A DNA stretch of 64,000 nucleotides from an uncultured virus (IMG/VR IMGVR_UViG_2651869679_000001) (lineage: Duplodnaviria; Heunggongvirae; Uroviricota; Caudoviricetes), in the IMG/VR virus record IMGVR_UViG_2651869679_000001. The stretch is one strand, 5' to 3'. The notes beneath the pieces are model-generated. The model was not told the DNA's origin. It did not search any database and was given only the letters and a program-made list of their open reading frames with translations. The position numbers and the translations under genes were made by a program. Of the stretch, positions 10,758-20,910 are shown one piece after another (position 1 is the first letter of the stretch; every line of letters starts with the position of its first letter).

Positions 10758-11996
10758 TTATTTAGTTGTTTTATAACATCTAATAGCAATGCAATAATTT
10801 ATATTAGCACTATTATTTAAGAAACAATATGGCGCAGTAATTTTAAATTTCTTATAATATTCTTCCTCTTCTGTATCTTTCTTATATGCTAATCTGTCAG
10901 TATCATTTATTGCACTAGCATCACCTACAAGTACATTAATCATTTTACCTCTTTCCATATCAACTGGATGTACAAGTGTTATATCTGAGAATTGATGTTT
11001 TTTATGGTTATATCTACTACCTTCTACATTACATTTATCCATAAAAGGATTAGTAGCATAAAAAGCTGGATAATGTGGTTGATATGGCATACCTATTTTA
11101 TTAGCTATCATACAAACATCTGTTACTCCTGTTGCAGTTCTTTCTCCATAAACCTTTGAATAATTTGGTTCTATATCAGAAGATACAGTTATACCAAAAT
11201 TATATTTATCATCTGTATAAGCTGAATCCTCTACTGGTTTTAAAGCTCCAATATAAGCATAAGATGTAAGATAGTTTTCATAAGGATGAACATCTGCAGA
11301 TGGATCTCCACGTAATACTAAATTTATACTATCTTTAGTTACATTTATCCAATATTGAACTGGTAAAAAATCTTTTATTTCTGGCTGTAATTTTCTATAC
11401 CATGCTAATCTATAATTATATTCAGCTTGTATATTCTTAGATATAGTTAAATCTGTTCTATCTGCATTTAATTTATCAGATATTTGTAACTTTATATTAT
11501 TTATAGAATTACTTTTAGCCTTAGCACTAACATAAGCATCATAATCACCACTTTTACTCCATCGATCAGAAACTCCAGCCATCATTTCTAATACTTGCGC
11601 ATCTGTTCTACTAAAACTATCCCCATTGTGATTATAATAAGTATGCAACTTGTTAAAGTCAATTAATGCCTTTTTTTCTTCTTTTGTTAAGTCCGCTTCT
11701 TCTCTATCTATTTTTACATAAAACTCTTTTCCATAGGTTGTTGTTGCTTTTATAATGCACTTATCATCTTGTGATCCTACTGTAAATACAGTATCTACTT
11801 TATCTGTCTTAGAGTTATCTGTTATAAGATTTATTTTAGTCCCTTCTCCTGATGATCCTATTTTATTTATACTATCTGGATAAACTAAATCCCATTTATA
11901 TATACCTGAATTTTGTGTTATTTCAGTTACTAATGTTTTTACTAAGTCTTTTACACTTGAATTACCTTCAACAAAATAAAAATTATCTGTAGCCAT
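10758..11996 (-). CDS. Putative virion structural protein
   Basis: 412-aa ORF with RBS in tail-tip cluster. Confidence 0.55.
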   Translation of the reverse strand: MATDNFYFVEGNSSVKDLVKTLVTEITQNSGIYKWDLVYPDSINKIGSSGEGTKINLITDNSKTDKVDTVFTVGSQDDKCIIKATTTYGKEFYVKIDREEADLTKEEKKALIDFNKLHTYYNHNGDSFSRTDAQVLEMMAGVSDRWSKSGDYDAYVSAKAKSNSINNIKLQISDKLNADRTDLTISKNIQAEYNYRLAWYRKLQPEIKDFLPVQYWINVTKDSINLVLRGDPSADVHPYENYLTSYAYIGALKPVEDSAYTDDKYNFGITVSSDIEPNYSKVYGERTATGVTDVCMIANKIGMPYQPHYPAFYATNPFMDKCNVEGSRYNHKKHQFSDITLVHPVDMERGKMINVLVGDASAINDTDRLAYKKDTEEEEYYKKFKITAPYCFLNNSANINYCIAIRCYKTTK

Positions 11997-12018
11997 TTTA
12001 TCTACCTCCTGTTATCAA

Positions 12019-12999
12019 TTATTTATTTAAATTTGTTATTTTTAAAGTATTTAAGTCCATTGTAAATATATCTTTTAAATCTCTATTTGTATCTAAATTC
12101 ACACTAAATTTTTTAAGCAATTTATTACCGTAAGGTCTATATTGATATATTTCCAAAGTTACAGGCTCTTTTAGTTCTACTCCATTAAAATTCTTTATGC
12201 TTATAAGAAGCTTTTTATTTTTGTACCCTTTAACACTTATTATTTCAGGATTTTTGTTTGTTTTATGTTCTGTATAATCAAAATTAAGATAAAATCCATC
12301 ATAGGATCTCTTACCATACCAAACTTTTTTACCATCTATCTCGCCATGCAAATCTATATCTGCATCTGTATTTTCTTCCCAATTCATTACTACCGCTATA
12401 TCCCATTCATTATCTATATCCTCTATGCCTGGTGGTGTCTCTACTGTAATACTAGAATCTTCTCCATCTATATACTCTAAATCCACCATTGTTTGTCTAC
12501 TATTACCGCTTAAATTATGGAAAATAAAAGAAATAGGCGTATTAGCATTTACTTTATAGAATGTGTTAAAGTATTTATGTTCTCCTATTTCCTTAGTTGT
12601 TGCAATATCTATTATTTTGATTTTATTAATTTCTAAGCTATATTTATCTTCCTTTTTCCAGCCCGTTTGATTAAAATGCAATCCTGTAATATATACATCT
12701 TTATCAAATCTAAATTGTCCAGTATAATCATTTTGTATTGCTGGGATATCTAATAATATACCTTTCACTTTTTGAATGCCTTCAATTTTCCTATATATAA
12801 AAGCATCAATTTTTTTCTTTAGCCCTTCATATTGTACACTTGGTAATAAATCTTTTAACTGTTGTAGTAAATCTTGTATATTGTTGGTATTTATCTCTGG
12901 ATAATTAGTTCTTATATTATCGTCTATGAGACTTAATAAATGATTTTTTAAATCCTCTGTAAGTTCTTCAAAATTAATTATATATTTAGGTAAGCTCAA
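12019..12999 (-). CDS. Tail-associated protein: shared N-terminal adaptor plus YfaP/DUF2135-like C-terminal domain
   Basis: TTG start at 12999; N-half paralogous to 13001-14350; C-terminal VVMNW..DADIDLH motif. Confidence 0.55.
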   Translation of the reverse strand: MSLPKYIINFEELTEDLKNHLLSLIDDNIRTNYPEINTNNIQDLLQQLKDLLPSVQYEGLKKKIDAFIYRKIEGIQKVKGILLDIPAIQNDYTGQFRFDKDVYITGLHFNQTGWKKEDKYSLEINKIKIIDIATTKEIGEHKYFNTFYKVNANTPISFIFHNLSGNSRQTMVDLEYIDGEDSSITVETPPGIEDIDNEWDIAVVMNWEENTDADIDLHGEIDGKKVWYGKRSYDGFYLNFDYTEHKTNKNPEIISVKGYKNKKLLISIKNFNGVELKEPVTLEIYQYRPYGNKLLKKFSVNLDTNRDLKDIFTMDLNTLKITNLNK

Positions 13000-13000
13000 A

Positions 13001-14350
13001 TTAAGCACCTTCTTTATATTCAAAGATTGAACTTGTATCATTTCTTGGATAAACTTGAGCTGTTTGCGTTATCTTTAGATAAGGATTTTTAATATTAAAT
13101 TCATCATAAAAATGTAATACACTTTGATATAATTCCTCCAAAGTTACAATTCTATTTTTATCTTTATCAGATTTCTTAGTTTTAATGCTTTGTGTTAGTG
13201 CCCAAGTAAAGGCTCCTGAAGGATTAGGATTTCCATTATATCCAGCGCTCAAGTCACCGGATGTTTCCGAACCTGCACTTGCTGTTAAAACTTTGTATCC
13301 TTGTTTATTTAATGTTTTGTCTGTACTTCTAAGTTTCTCCTCCACTATAGCTAATGTATATGCAAAATTTTTATCTATAGAAAGTCCACTGTGGCAAGTA
13401 TCAATAAATATTACCTTAGTACCTTTTATATCATCCAGTATTGTTTGTAATTCATATACTGTTATTATGTTATCTTTTGCCACTAAAGCAAACTTATCTT
13501 CATATACAGTACCATGTCCAGACCAAAACAAATAACTAATATCATTATCTTTTGCATCTTGAAAAGTGTTTTTTATTAAATTTAATGCTTCTGACTTAGT
13601 CTTATTTTTTGCAACTATATTTTTTGTAAATTTAGCACTTTGTTTGTGTTCTTTAAATAAATTAGACATATTGTCAGCATCATATGTGCAACCCATAAGG
13701 TTATTAGCACCTTGTAAAGTATATTCACTTTCTCCTATAGCTAAAAATCTATAGTTTTTTTCACTAGTGGTAGGTATAGTAGGTGTAGTAGGTGTGGGTA
13801 AATTACTATTTTCTAAGATATTAAAGTCTACCCATAAAACTTTACTAGTTCCACTAATATTATTGTAGATAAATTTAACTGTGCCATTTATAGGATAAAA
13901 TACATTAAAAAATTTATGTTCACCATATTCTTTAGTGCGCACACTTTCAAATAATTTATCATTGCCTACTTGCAAATCCCAGTTATCTTCAAATCTCCAA
14001 CTAGATTGAGAATATGTTATACCTGTTATTTGGCCATTTCCTTTAAATTCTATTACATGTTGTCCTTTTACTGCAGGAATCTCTAGCATTTTTCCATAAA
14101 TTTTCTGGGTGCCTGATATACCTAAATTTCCACTTAAATTATCTAACTTTACACCTAAAGCATTTAATGCATTTATTAAATCATTATAATCTACACCTTG
14201 TATTTTATCTTTGATTTCTGATAATAATCTTTCCATATCTTTGGTAGAAAAATTTATATTGCCTATGTCAACTTTCACACCATTTTGTAAATAATCTTTA
14301 ATAAGATTTGATAGTTCATCAAAGTTGACTACATAGGAAGGTAATCCCAT
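13001..14350 (-). CDS. Caspase-family (peptidase C14, metacaspase/orthocaspase-like) protease fused to tail adaptor domain
   Basis: LAIG..Y, L.GC..DA, FWSGHG (catalytic His), IFIDTCHSG (catalytic Cys), GAFT.AL; PT-rich linker. Confidence 0.85.
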   Translation of the reverse strand: MGLPSYVVNFDELSNLIKDYLQNGVKVDIGNINFSTKDMERLLSEIKDKIQGVDYNDLINALNALGVKLDNLSGNLGISGTQKIYGKMLEIPAVKGQHVIEFKGNGQITGITYSQSSWRFEDNWDLQVGNDKLFESVRTKEYGEHKFFNVFYPINGTVKFIYNNISGTSKVLWVDFNILENSNLPTPTTPTIPTTSEKNYRFLAIGESEYTLQGANNLMGCTYDADNMSNLFKEHKQSAKFTKNIVAKNKTKSEALNLIKNTFQDAKDNDISYLFWSGHGTVYEDKFALVAKDNIITVYELQTILDDIKGTKVIFIDTCHSGLSIDKNFAYTLAIVEEKLRSTDKTLNKQGYKVLTASAGSETSGDLSAGYNGNPNPSGAFTWALTQSIKTKKSDKDKNRIVTLEELYQSVLHFYDEFNIKNPYLKITQTAQVYPRNDTSSIFEYKEGA

Positions 14351-14364
14351 ATTATTGCCACCTC

Positions 14365-14715
14365 CTATACATAATCTATTATTTCTAATTTACCATGACT
14401 ATCTTTAATTAATTGTATTGTTTTATTTGTATTATTAGGGTACGTTGTTTTAATTCTATATACCTTACCTTCTGCATTTCTAATTAGTTCTTCTTGCCAT
14501 TGCATATCTGTTCCATTTGCATATATAAATTTATATGCTTTATTATTGCTATCTCTAATTATTCTACACGGGTATTCAATTAACTCCCCAGTATATTTGG
14601 AATCTTCATTTATATTTATCTGATTTTTGAAATTTCTTTTTCTTAATTCTTGATCTAAAATGTAGACTACTGGTTCTCTAAAATTTTTATATCCCATATG
14701 TGCCATTTTAATCAC
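14365..14715 (-). CDS. Hypothetical tail-tip protein
   Basis: 116-aa ORF directly after the hub gene. Confidence 0.55.
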   Translation of the reverse strand: MIKMAHMGYKNFREPVVYILDQELRKRNFKNQININEDSKYTGELIEYPCRIIRDSNNKAYKFIYANGTDMQWQEELIRNAEGKVYRIKTTYPNNTNKTIQLIKDSHGKLEIIDYV

Positions 14716-14718
14716 CTA

Positions 14719-15804
14719 CTATTGTTTTAATCTTCCACTTCCTATTCGGGTACATTGCTCATATACTTTTCTTTTATCTCTCATACCTTGTAATTGCAAT
14801 GTATCCACATATGTGTCCGCATTTATTTCTGTATTTATTCCAACAATTAAATACCAGCCATTACCTCTTTCATTATTTACTAATTTAACTACTTGTCCTA
14901 AATCAATGTTAGGTATTCCAGCTACTGGTACTACATTTAAAGCAGTACTCTCTCTCCACATATCTAAAAATTTATGTCCTGCTACCTGTTGTTTTAATAA
15001 TGAACTACTAGCTAATGGATTATCAATTATGTCTACCCATCTTTCGCCATTTAAATAACTAGTCATAGCTTTAGATTCAAAAATAGAATATTTATCATTA
15101 CAACAAATTTTTAATATATTTCTCATTAAACTAGAATCTCTACTAGCAGTTTCACTAGATAAATTAGTATCAACAGATAAAACATAATCATGGTGATTAA
15201 CATCATGATTTGATTCATTATAAGTAGGATATTGTTCTTCTAATACTATTGTACCGTTTTTGTTTGCCCTTATTCTAGCATACATAGTTTCTACCAAGTT
15301 ACCAATTATATCATTATACATAGTACCTATTTCACATTCTAATTTAGGTACAGTATAATTAATTCCTCCGTTTCTATAAAAACTACATTTTGCATCGGAT
15401 ACAACAGTAGAAATTATATCTACTGCAGTTCTATTATAAAATTTTAATTCCTTATCACATAAATTTAGCATTCTATAATACATATCATGGCAAGTCATTT
15501 CTATTGTTTTATCAAGTGTATTATAATCATATTTTTTAATTACACCTGTAAATTGAAGTATATCCTCTATATAAATTTTTATCTGTGCAAAATTATCTAT
15601 TATACCTTGTGTTCCTCCCGCAAAAATAGCAGTGGGTAGATTCTCATATTGTGCTGTAATCGTAGCTTCAGCAGTAGGTGTAGTTAAAGTTCTATTTATT
15701 TTCACCGACACTAAGCAATGTTCTAATGTTATTTTATTAGCATCACCATCTTCAAAGGCTTGATATCCATTTTTTTTATAAAATTCTACTTTACATTTTG
15801 CCAT
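14719..15804 (-). CDS. Baseplate hub / Tal-like protein (XkdQ/YqbQ-like)
   Basis: QFTGVI..., EMTCHDM, IDLGQVV..., YLIVGI; position after Dit. Confidence 0.7.
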   Translation of the reverse strand: MAKCKVEFYKKNGYQAFEDGDANKITLEHCLVSVKINRTLTTPTAEATITAQYENLPTAIFAGGTQGIIDNFAQIKIYIEDILQFTGVIKKYDYNTLDKTIEMTCHDMYYRMLNLCDKELKFYNRTAVDIISTVVSDAKCSFYRNGGINYTVPKLECEIGTMYNDIIGNLVETMYARIRANKNGTIVLEEQYPTYNESNHDVNHHDYVLSVDTNLSSETASRDSSLMRNILKICCNDKYSIFESKAMTSYLNGERWVDIIDNPLASSSLLKQQVAGHKFLDMWRESTALNVVPVAGIPNIDLGQVVKLVNNERGNGWYLIVGINTEINADTYVDTLQLQGMRDKRKVYEQCTRIGSGRLKQ

Positions 15805-16234
15805 TATCTTTCACCCATCCACTAGCTTCATGATTACATAAAAGCTCTAAATTTATATAATATATATCACCTTCGATAGGAGTATCTATCTCAAACTTAT
15901 TTTGTAAATATCCTTTATATTGAATTCCAAATTCATCCACAAATATGAATTTACCTGAATAATTTTTTCTAAAGTTTAAAAACTTAGTTATATTACTTTG
16001 TGTCTCCTCATCATTTTCTCCTTTTATATTAAAAGCAACTGTAAATTCAATAATGCAATCACTTTTAATATTTTTTTCAAAGTATGTGTATCCTTGTACT
16101 GTTCTAATACCCTTACGAAAATAAGCAGGACGAGGTGGCTTATAATTAGTTATTATGCCACCTGTATTTTTTCCATCTTCATAAAGTAAATCTACTTTAA
16201 AATCTTTCATTCTATTTAAGTCCATACAAGCCAC
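15791..16234 (-). CDS. Distal tail (Dit-like) protein
   Basis: 147 aa, immediately downstream of TMP. Confidence 0.6.
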   Translation of the reverse strand: MACMDLNRMKDFKVDLLYEDGKNTGGIITNYKPPRPAYFRKGIRTVQGYTYFEKNIKSDCIIEFTVAFNIKGENDEETQSNITKFLNFRKNYSGKFIFVDEFGIQYKGYLQNKFEIDTPIEGDIYYINLELLCNHEASGWVKDNGKM

Positions 16235-16237
16235 CTC

Positions 16238-17779
16238 CTAATCTCTTAATACATCATTCATAAATAATCCTGTCATAACATTTTTCATAGAACTTTCTGT
16301 CATTTGCTTAAATTCATTAGCTAACTTATTAGCCCCTTCTTTATTTGCATTTGGTATAGTTACATACATTTTTATATCCTGTGTAACGCCCATACTTTTA
16401 CTCATGTTATTAAGTCCATGTGGAGATAAATAAGTACCACCATAAGCTCCACTAAGCGCCATATTATTTAATCCATTAAAATTTGGCTTTACATTTCCTA
16501 ATCCTTTGATCTTATCAGCCATACCTTTAATTTTAGTATCTACAGCACTTTGTTGGTTATCTATACCCTGTATGAGACCTTCTCCAAGGGATTTACCATA
16601 ATTGGAAAATACACGTGACGGGGAATTTATCCCTAAAAAGCTTTTGAATCCATCTGCTATTTTACTTGCTAAGTTTCCTATTACTGATCCTACATGTCCA
16701 AACATAGATTTTATACCATTTATAAGACCTTGAACTATATTTTTACCTATGTTGAAAAGTGCTCCTGCTAGATTACCTAATCCTTTGAATATATTAATCC
16801 AACCTTGTACAATTGCATGTAGTATATTTCCGACACCTCTAAATATTGCTATACATCCATTTATTATGTTCTGTACCATTCCACCTACCCATTGGAGTAC
16901 TTTAATGAATCCTTGAAATGCATGAATAGCTCCTTGTATAATTGAATTTATAATTCTACCTATTCCTTTAAATATATTTCCTATGAACTTTCCAAACTGA
17001 GTTGCATATTTTTTTAAAGTATCCCAATGTTTAATTACTTCATATACTATAAGTCCTATTGCTGCAATAGCAACTAAAATTAGAAGCGTTTTTGAAGTTA
17101 TTATAGTCTTTAATACTCCAAATATTCCTCCTGCTTTCTTTAATTTATTAAATATACCTATCACATTATTTATAGTACCTACTAATTTGCTAAGTACCGT
17201 AAATGTTTTAGCAACTCCAGCTATTGACACAATCATCACTGCAATAGCATTTTTTACAGGATTAGGTAATTTATTAAATGAATTCATTAATTCTACTGCT
17301 TTATTAGCTAACTTTGTAAATATTGGAATTAATTTATTATTCAAAATAGGCACTAACTGATTATTAAATATCGGTATTAACTGTTTTACTATAGATGCTT
17401 GTAATTGTGCAAAAGAATCTTGTACCTTTTTTATGGAAGCTTGTATGTCTTTTTCAATTTTTCCATAATTGACCTTTGCAATATTAGCAGGACCCTTTTT
17501 TGGGTTCTTACTCTTTGCTTCTTCAGCAAGAGTATTTTTCATACCAGTTTTTAGAAGATTTTGTGCTGCAGCACTGGGTTTCTCCATGGACTTTCCTATT
17601 TTACTTAAAGTTTCTGCTTCCTTGGTTAATGCTTCTTGTAACTTTTCAATTTTAGTTTTTTCTTCCTCAACTTTATGCACAAATATTTCTAAATCTTTTC
17701 CAGCTCCATTAAGTGCTGTTTTAAACCTACTAGTATCTAATGTTAAATGAGCAACTGCCTCTCCTACATTTACTGCCAT
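16238..17779 (-). CDS. Short tape measure protein
   Basis: MAVNVGEAVAHLTLD start, amphipathic repeats, LGINSPSRVF motif. Confidence 0.85.
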   Translation of the reverse strand: MAVNVGEAVAHLTLDTSRFKTALNGAGKDLEIFVHKVEEEKTKIEKLQEALTKEAETLSKIGKSMEKPSAAAQNLLKTGMKNTLAEEAKSKNPKKGPANIAKVNYGKIEKDIQASIKKVQDSFAQLQASIVKQLIPIFNNQLVPILNNKLIPIFTKLANKAVELMNSFNKLPNPVKNAIAVMIVSIAGVAKTFTVLSKLVGTINNVIGIFNKLKKAGGIFGVLKTIITSKTLLILVAIAAIGLIVYEVIKHWDTLKKYATQFGKFIGNIFKGIGRIINSIIQGAIHAFQGFIKVLQWVGGMVQNIINGCIAIFRGVGNILHAIVQGWINIFKGLGNLAGALFNIGKNIVQGLINGIKSMFGHVGSVIGNLASKIADGFKSFLGINSPSRVFSNYGKSLGEGLIQGIDNQQSAVDTKIKGMADKIKGLGNVKPNFNGLNNMALSGAYGGTYLSPHGLNNMSKSMGVTQDIKMYVTIPNANKEGANKLANEFKQMTESSMKNVMTGLFMNDVLRD

Positions 17780-17959
17780 CTTTTTCTCACCTCCCATCTT
17801 TGGGAATAAAAAGCTTTCTAACTTCATTTAAATAATAATCCAAATTTTTTATGCCTTTAATTTCTTATCTTCCATATTCTTTATATTTATTATTTAGTTT
17901 TAAATTTATATAATATAGTTTTAATATTTATTTATGTTTAAAAAACAAAAGGCTAAAAG

Positions 17960-18206
17960 CTAACTTTTATTACTAGCATTTAACCACTGAATAACATCTT
18001 CATTATTAGTTTTATTTGTTCTATCTCCATCTATAAACTTAGGCTCTCTAGCATCTTCTTTACTAATCTCATTTAATATATAGACGCATGCCTCATCAAA
18101 GCAAAAGGCTTCATAATCATTAGTCAATCCTATAATTTCACTGGGCCTTTGTCTATATTGTTTACTTATTGATATTACACTCAGTATTCTCTGACTCTTC
18201 ACGAAA
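17960..18206 (-). CDS. Tail assembly chaperone, frameshifted C-terminal part (gpT-like)
   Basis: +1 frame relative to 18162-18578; PSEIIGL..YEAFCFDEA; homologous to 51668-51890. Confidence 0.75.
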
Positions 18207-18578
18207 GGAGTCTAATTCACTAACACCTTCCTGTGTATAATTAAATAATGATACTATTTGCTCATCTGTAAGCTCTAATCCTACACTTTTTAAATCTTCT
18301 ATAGAAGGTTCTACAAGTGCATTTTCAGCCATAATATACATAACATCTGTCATTTGTGCTAAATCAACATTCTCTTTTAAACTCTGTTTACCATAAAATA
18401 ATTCCTCTGCTGCACTTAATAACTTGTTAGGTACTACTCCTTTTCTTACCAAATTTAAAAGAGATACTCTTTTAACTTTAGCATTAAAAGGTATCCCTTG
18501 GCTAAATTGTGGCAACTGGATTACTTCACCTTGAGCTACTTTCTTTAAATCTTCTATATTAGTTACTTTTAAATCCAT
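18162..18578 (-). CDS. Tail assembly chaperone (gpG-like)
   Basis: Between tail tube and TMP; homologous to 51834-52253. Confidence 0.8.
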   Translation of the reverse strand: MDLKVTNIEDLKKVAQGEVIQLPQFSQGIPFNAKVKRVSLLNLVRKGVVPNKLLSAAEELFYGKQSLKENVDLAQMTDVMYIMAENALVEPSIEDLKSVGLELTDEQIVSLFNYTQEGVSELDSFREESENTECNINK

Positions 18579-18591
18579 TTATATACCCTCA

Positions 18592-19479
18592 CTATCTAAT
18601 TTTTATTGTTTTAAACTCTGTGGATAATGCTGTGGTTTTACCACTTCCATCTAATTTATTTATTTCTTTAGCTTCAGCAATATAAACTGTATCTATCACT
18701 AAAGAATCAGGTACAAATGTTACTATTTTCTTAGTATCATCTATAGTTACATTTCCATTCACTCTAGAATTATCAGATTTTCTTTTTATAATAAAGTTTT
18801 CTAAGTTAACATCATCTTGATTAATTTGGTTTGAAAAATTCCACACTACTCTATTAGTTATACTTACTCCTACATCTGGATTGTTATTTTCTACTTTTCC
18901 ACCTTCTACTCCTATATCTTCAATTGGAGTAGACTCTCCTGGTTTTTCTGTATTATTATTTTCTTCTAAGCTATTTAAGAATTCTATTTCTACAGGCCTT
19001 TCGTTTCTAAATGGTATGCTTTCAGCTTCATATGAAGATACTAAAAACTTTCCATCTTGAATTTTATATTTAGCTGGCTTACCTTTACAATGCTTATACA
19101 CGAATTTAACATATCCTGTAGTTCTAGAATAATCTTTTTCCTCTGTGAATATTTCCATTGTGAACGGATGCCTTTCTACTGCTATACCTACTTCTGTTCC
19201 ACAATATTTATTATCTTGTATAGTTCCTCCATCTATTAAAGCCATAGTTTCTATATTGAATAGATTGTCTTTCATTTTTAACTTGTAACCTATAACAATA
19301 TCATCTGTTTCATTTATTCCATAAATTTTATTTTTAATCCTTAATATATCTCTTTTTCCCTTACTGTTTATAGGCTCTATATCTATTTCATTACTTGTTT
19401 CTATTGTATGTTTTGTATTTGTCACCTCATCAATAAAATTAACTTTCACAACATTAACTAAAGTTTTTCCATTTGTCAT
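18592..19479 (-). CDS. Major tail tube protein with C-terminal Ig-like domain
   Basis: N-part homologous to 52309-52935; C-terminal V.WNFS..I...VTFVP..L Ig-like pattern. Confidence 0.8.
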   Translation of the reverse strand: MTNGKTLVNVVKVNFIDEVTNTKHTIETSNEIDIEPINSKGKRDILRIKNKIYGINETDDIVIGYKLKMKDNLFNIETMALIDGGTIQDNKYCGTEVGIAVERHPFTMEIFTEEKDYSRTTGYVKFVYKHCKGKPAKYKIQDGKFLVSSYEAESIPFRNERPVEIEFLNSLEENNNTEKPGESTPIEDIGVEGGKVENNNPDVGVSITNRVVWNFSNQINQDDVNLENFIIKRKSDNSRVNGNVTIDDTKKIVTFVPDSLVIDTVYIAEAKEINKLDGSGKTTALSTEFKTIKIR

Positions 19480-19483
19480 TAAA

Positions 19484-19903
19484 TTACCTCCTTAAACTTT
19501 TAAATTGTTGGTATTCTATGCTTGTGGTATAAGCTTGTACATCATAATCTATAATGCTTGGTGTTTCATTCCCTGTAGGTCTAAGATCTCCTATTTTTTT
19601 TAAAGCTTCTTTTAAATTTTCTACATAAAATTCCATAGTAGAATATTGATCTATAGGATTATAGACTATAATATCAAATAGTTTATACCCGGATATATTT
19701 CCAACTAAAGCATGAACACCATTTTCTTTTATAACTACATAATTTTCTGTACATTTGTTTCTCTTTTGTCCAGGAGCATACACATCATATCCTAATTTTT
19801 TTAAATATAAATATACTTTTTGCCATAAAGTCTCAGGTACAGTATTATTTATTATATCTTGCTGTATACAATCTCCTGGAACTTTGTAATTAAATTCAGA
19901 CAT
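19484..19903 (-). CDS. Tail terminator-like protein
   Basis: Position before tail tube; homologous to 52935-53273. Confidence 0.65.
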   Translation of the reverse strand: MSEFNYKVPGDCIQQDIINNTVPETLWQKVYLYLKKLGYDVYAPGQKRNKCTENYVVIKENGVHALVGNISGYKLFDIIVYNPIDQYSTMEFYVENLKEALKKIGDLRPTGNETPSIIDYDVQAYTTSIEYQQFKSLRR

Positions 19904-19908
19904 TTACA

Positions 19909-20256
19909 TCACTTCCCAAATAAATTACTCATCCCCTTAAGTATCTGTGGGCTTAACTTATCTATAGTTGGTTTTAATATTGCATATTTTTTATCATTAC
20001 ATAATTCTAAAAATGGATAGCATTCCATATTTCCAGAAACATAAAAATTGCATTTATCACCTTCCCACTGTTTTCCACCTTTAATTGTTTCAGTATCCAT
20101 ACCTGATTGATCCTTCCATGGTGCATTTTTCTTAGCATACTCTTCCATATTTTTCGCAGCAATATCTGCATACATGCCTATGGATGTTTTAGATTGCATT
20201 TGAAATTCTGATAAGCCATCAATAACATCATCTATATTTACTTCTAATTCACTCAT
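19909..20256 (-). CDS. HK97 gp10-like tail completion protein
   Basis: AKKNAPWKDQSG, LELCN..KYAIL; homologous to 53273-53647. Confidence 0.75.
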   Translation of the reverse strand: MSELEVNIDDVIDGLSEFQMQSKTSIGMYADIAAKNMEEYAKKNAPWKDQSGMDTETIKGGKQWEGDKCNFYVSGNMECYPFLELCNDKKYAILKPTIDKLSPQILKGMSNLFGK

Positions 20257-20260
20257 GTTA

Positions 20261-20626
20261 TCACACCTTATTTAATATCATATCAAACACTAGGTTTTGA
20301 ATATTTCCTGTGTCAACTATTTCATACTTAGTTCCATCTAATATAAAATAATCATCTTTTTGTATTTTAGAGCTTACATCATTATAAGTAATTAATAATT
20401 TGTCATTATATAAATTATTAAATTCCAGACCTTCCATAGAAGTTGTAATTATATTACTATTATTTCTATAATAATATCCTTTTATAGTGCATACATACAC
20501 TTCATCTAGTTTTTCATCAAAAGCATTTTTACCTATTCTTAATATTTTTATTCCTCTTAATAGGCCTTTTTTTTCTAGTTGTTCATATATATTTTTGCTT
20601 ATTTTTCCTCTATTCATATTAGCCAT
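20261..20626 (-). CDS. Head closure/stopper-like protein
   Basis: IQKDDYF..GTKYEI; homologous to 53640-54005. Confidence 0.65.
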   Translation of the reverse strand: MANMNRGKISKNIYEQLEKKGLLRGIKILRIGKNAFDEKLDEVYVCTIKGYYYRNNSNIITTSMEGLEFNNLYNDKLLITYNDVSSKIQKDDYFILDGTKYEIVDTGNIQNLVFDMILNKV

Positions 20627-20910
20627 TAATGTTCATCAACTCTTTCCACAGAAATTTGATTCTTTAGACTCTTCTGTTCTTCTTTGAAATGTTCTGCTAG
20701 AGTTAACCAGTAAGCTCTATTACTTTGTAATTTTACACCTGCAACTTCTATACCATCATCTGCAATTGCCTTAAGAATACACCCTTTATAGCTTGCTTTT
20801 TCTACATCATTATTGTTGATTTCTAGTAGCAATTCTAGCTCTTTATCCTCAAAATAAGGATACTGTTTTTCTTGTAAATTAAATTTCAAAATCTCTAAAG
20901 GTGTTCTCAC
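20626..20910 (-). CDS. Head-tail adaptor/connector protein
   Basis: TPLEILKFNLQEKQYPYF, clearly homologous to 54002-54283. Confidence 0.75.
   Translation of the reverse strand: MRTPLEILKFNLQEKQYPYFEDKELELLLEINNNDVEKASYKGCILKAIADDGIEVAGVKLQSNRAYWLTLAEHFKEEQKSLKNQISVERVDEH

Noticed and set aside
14365..20910. Contractile (R-type/diffocin, PBSX-like) tail
   Set aside because: No sheath or baseplate wedge (J-like) genes; tube, Dit and chaperones match the neighbouring siphophage
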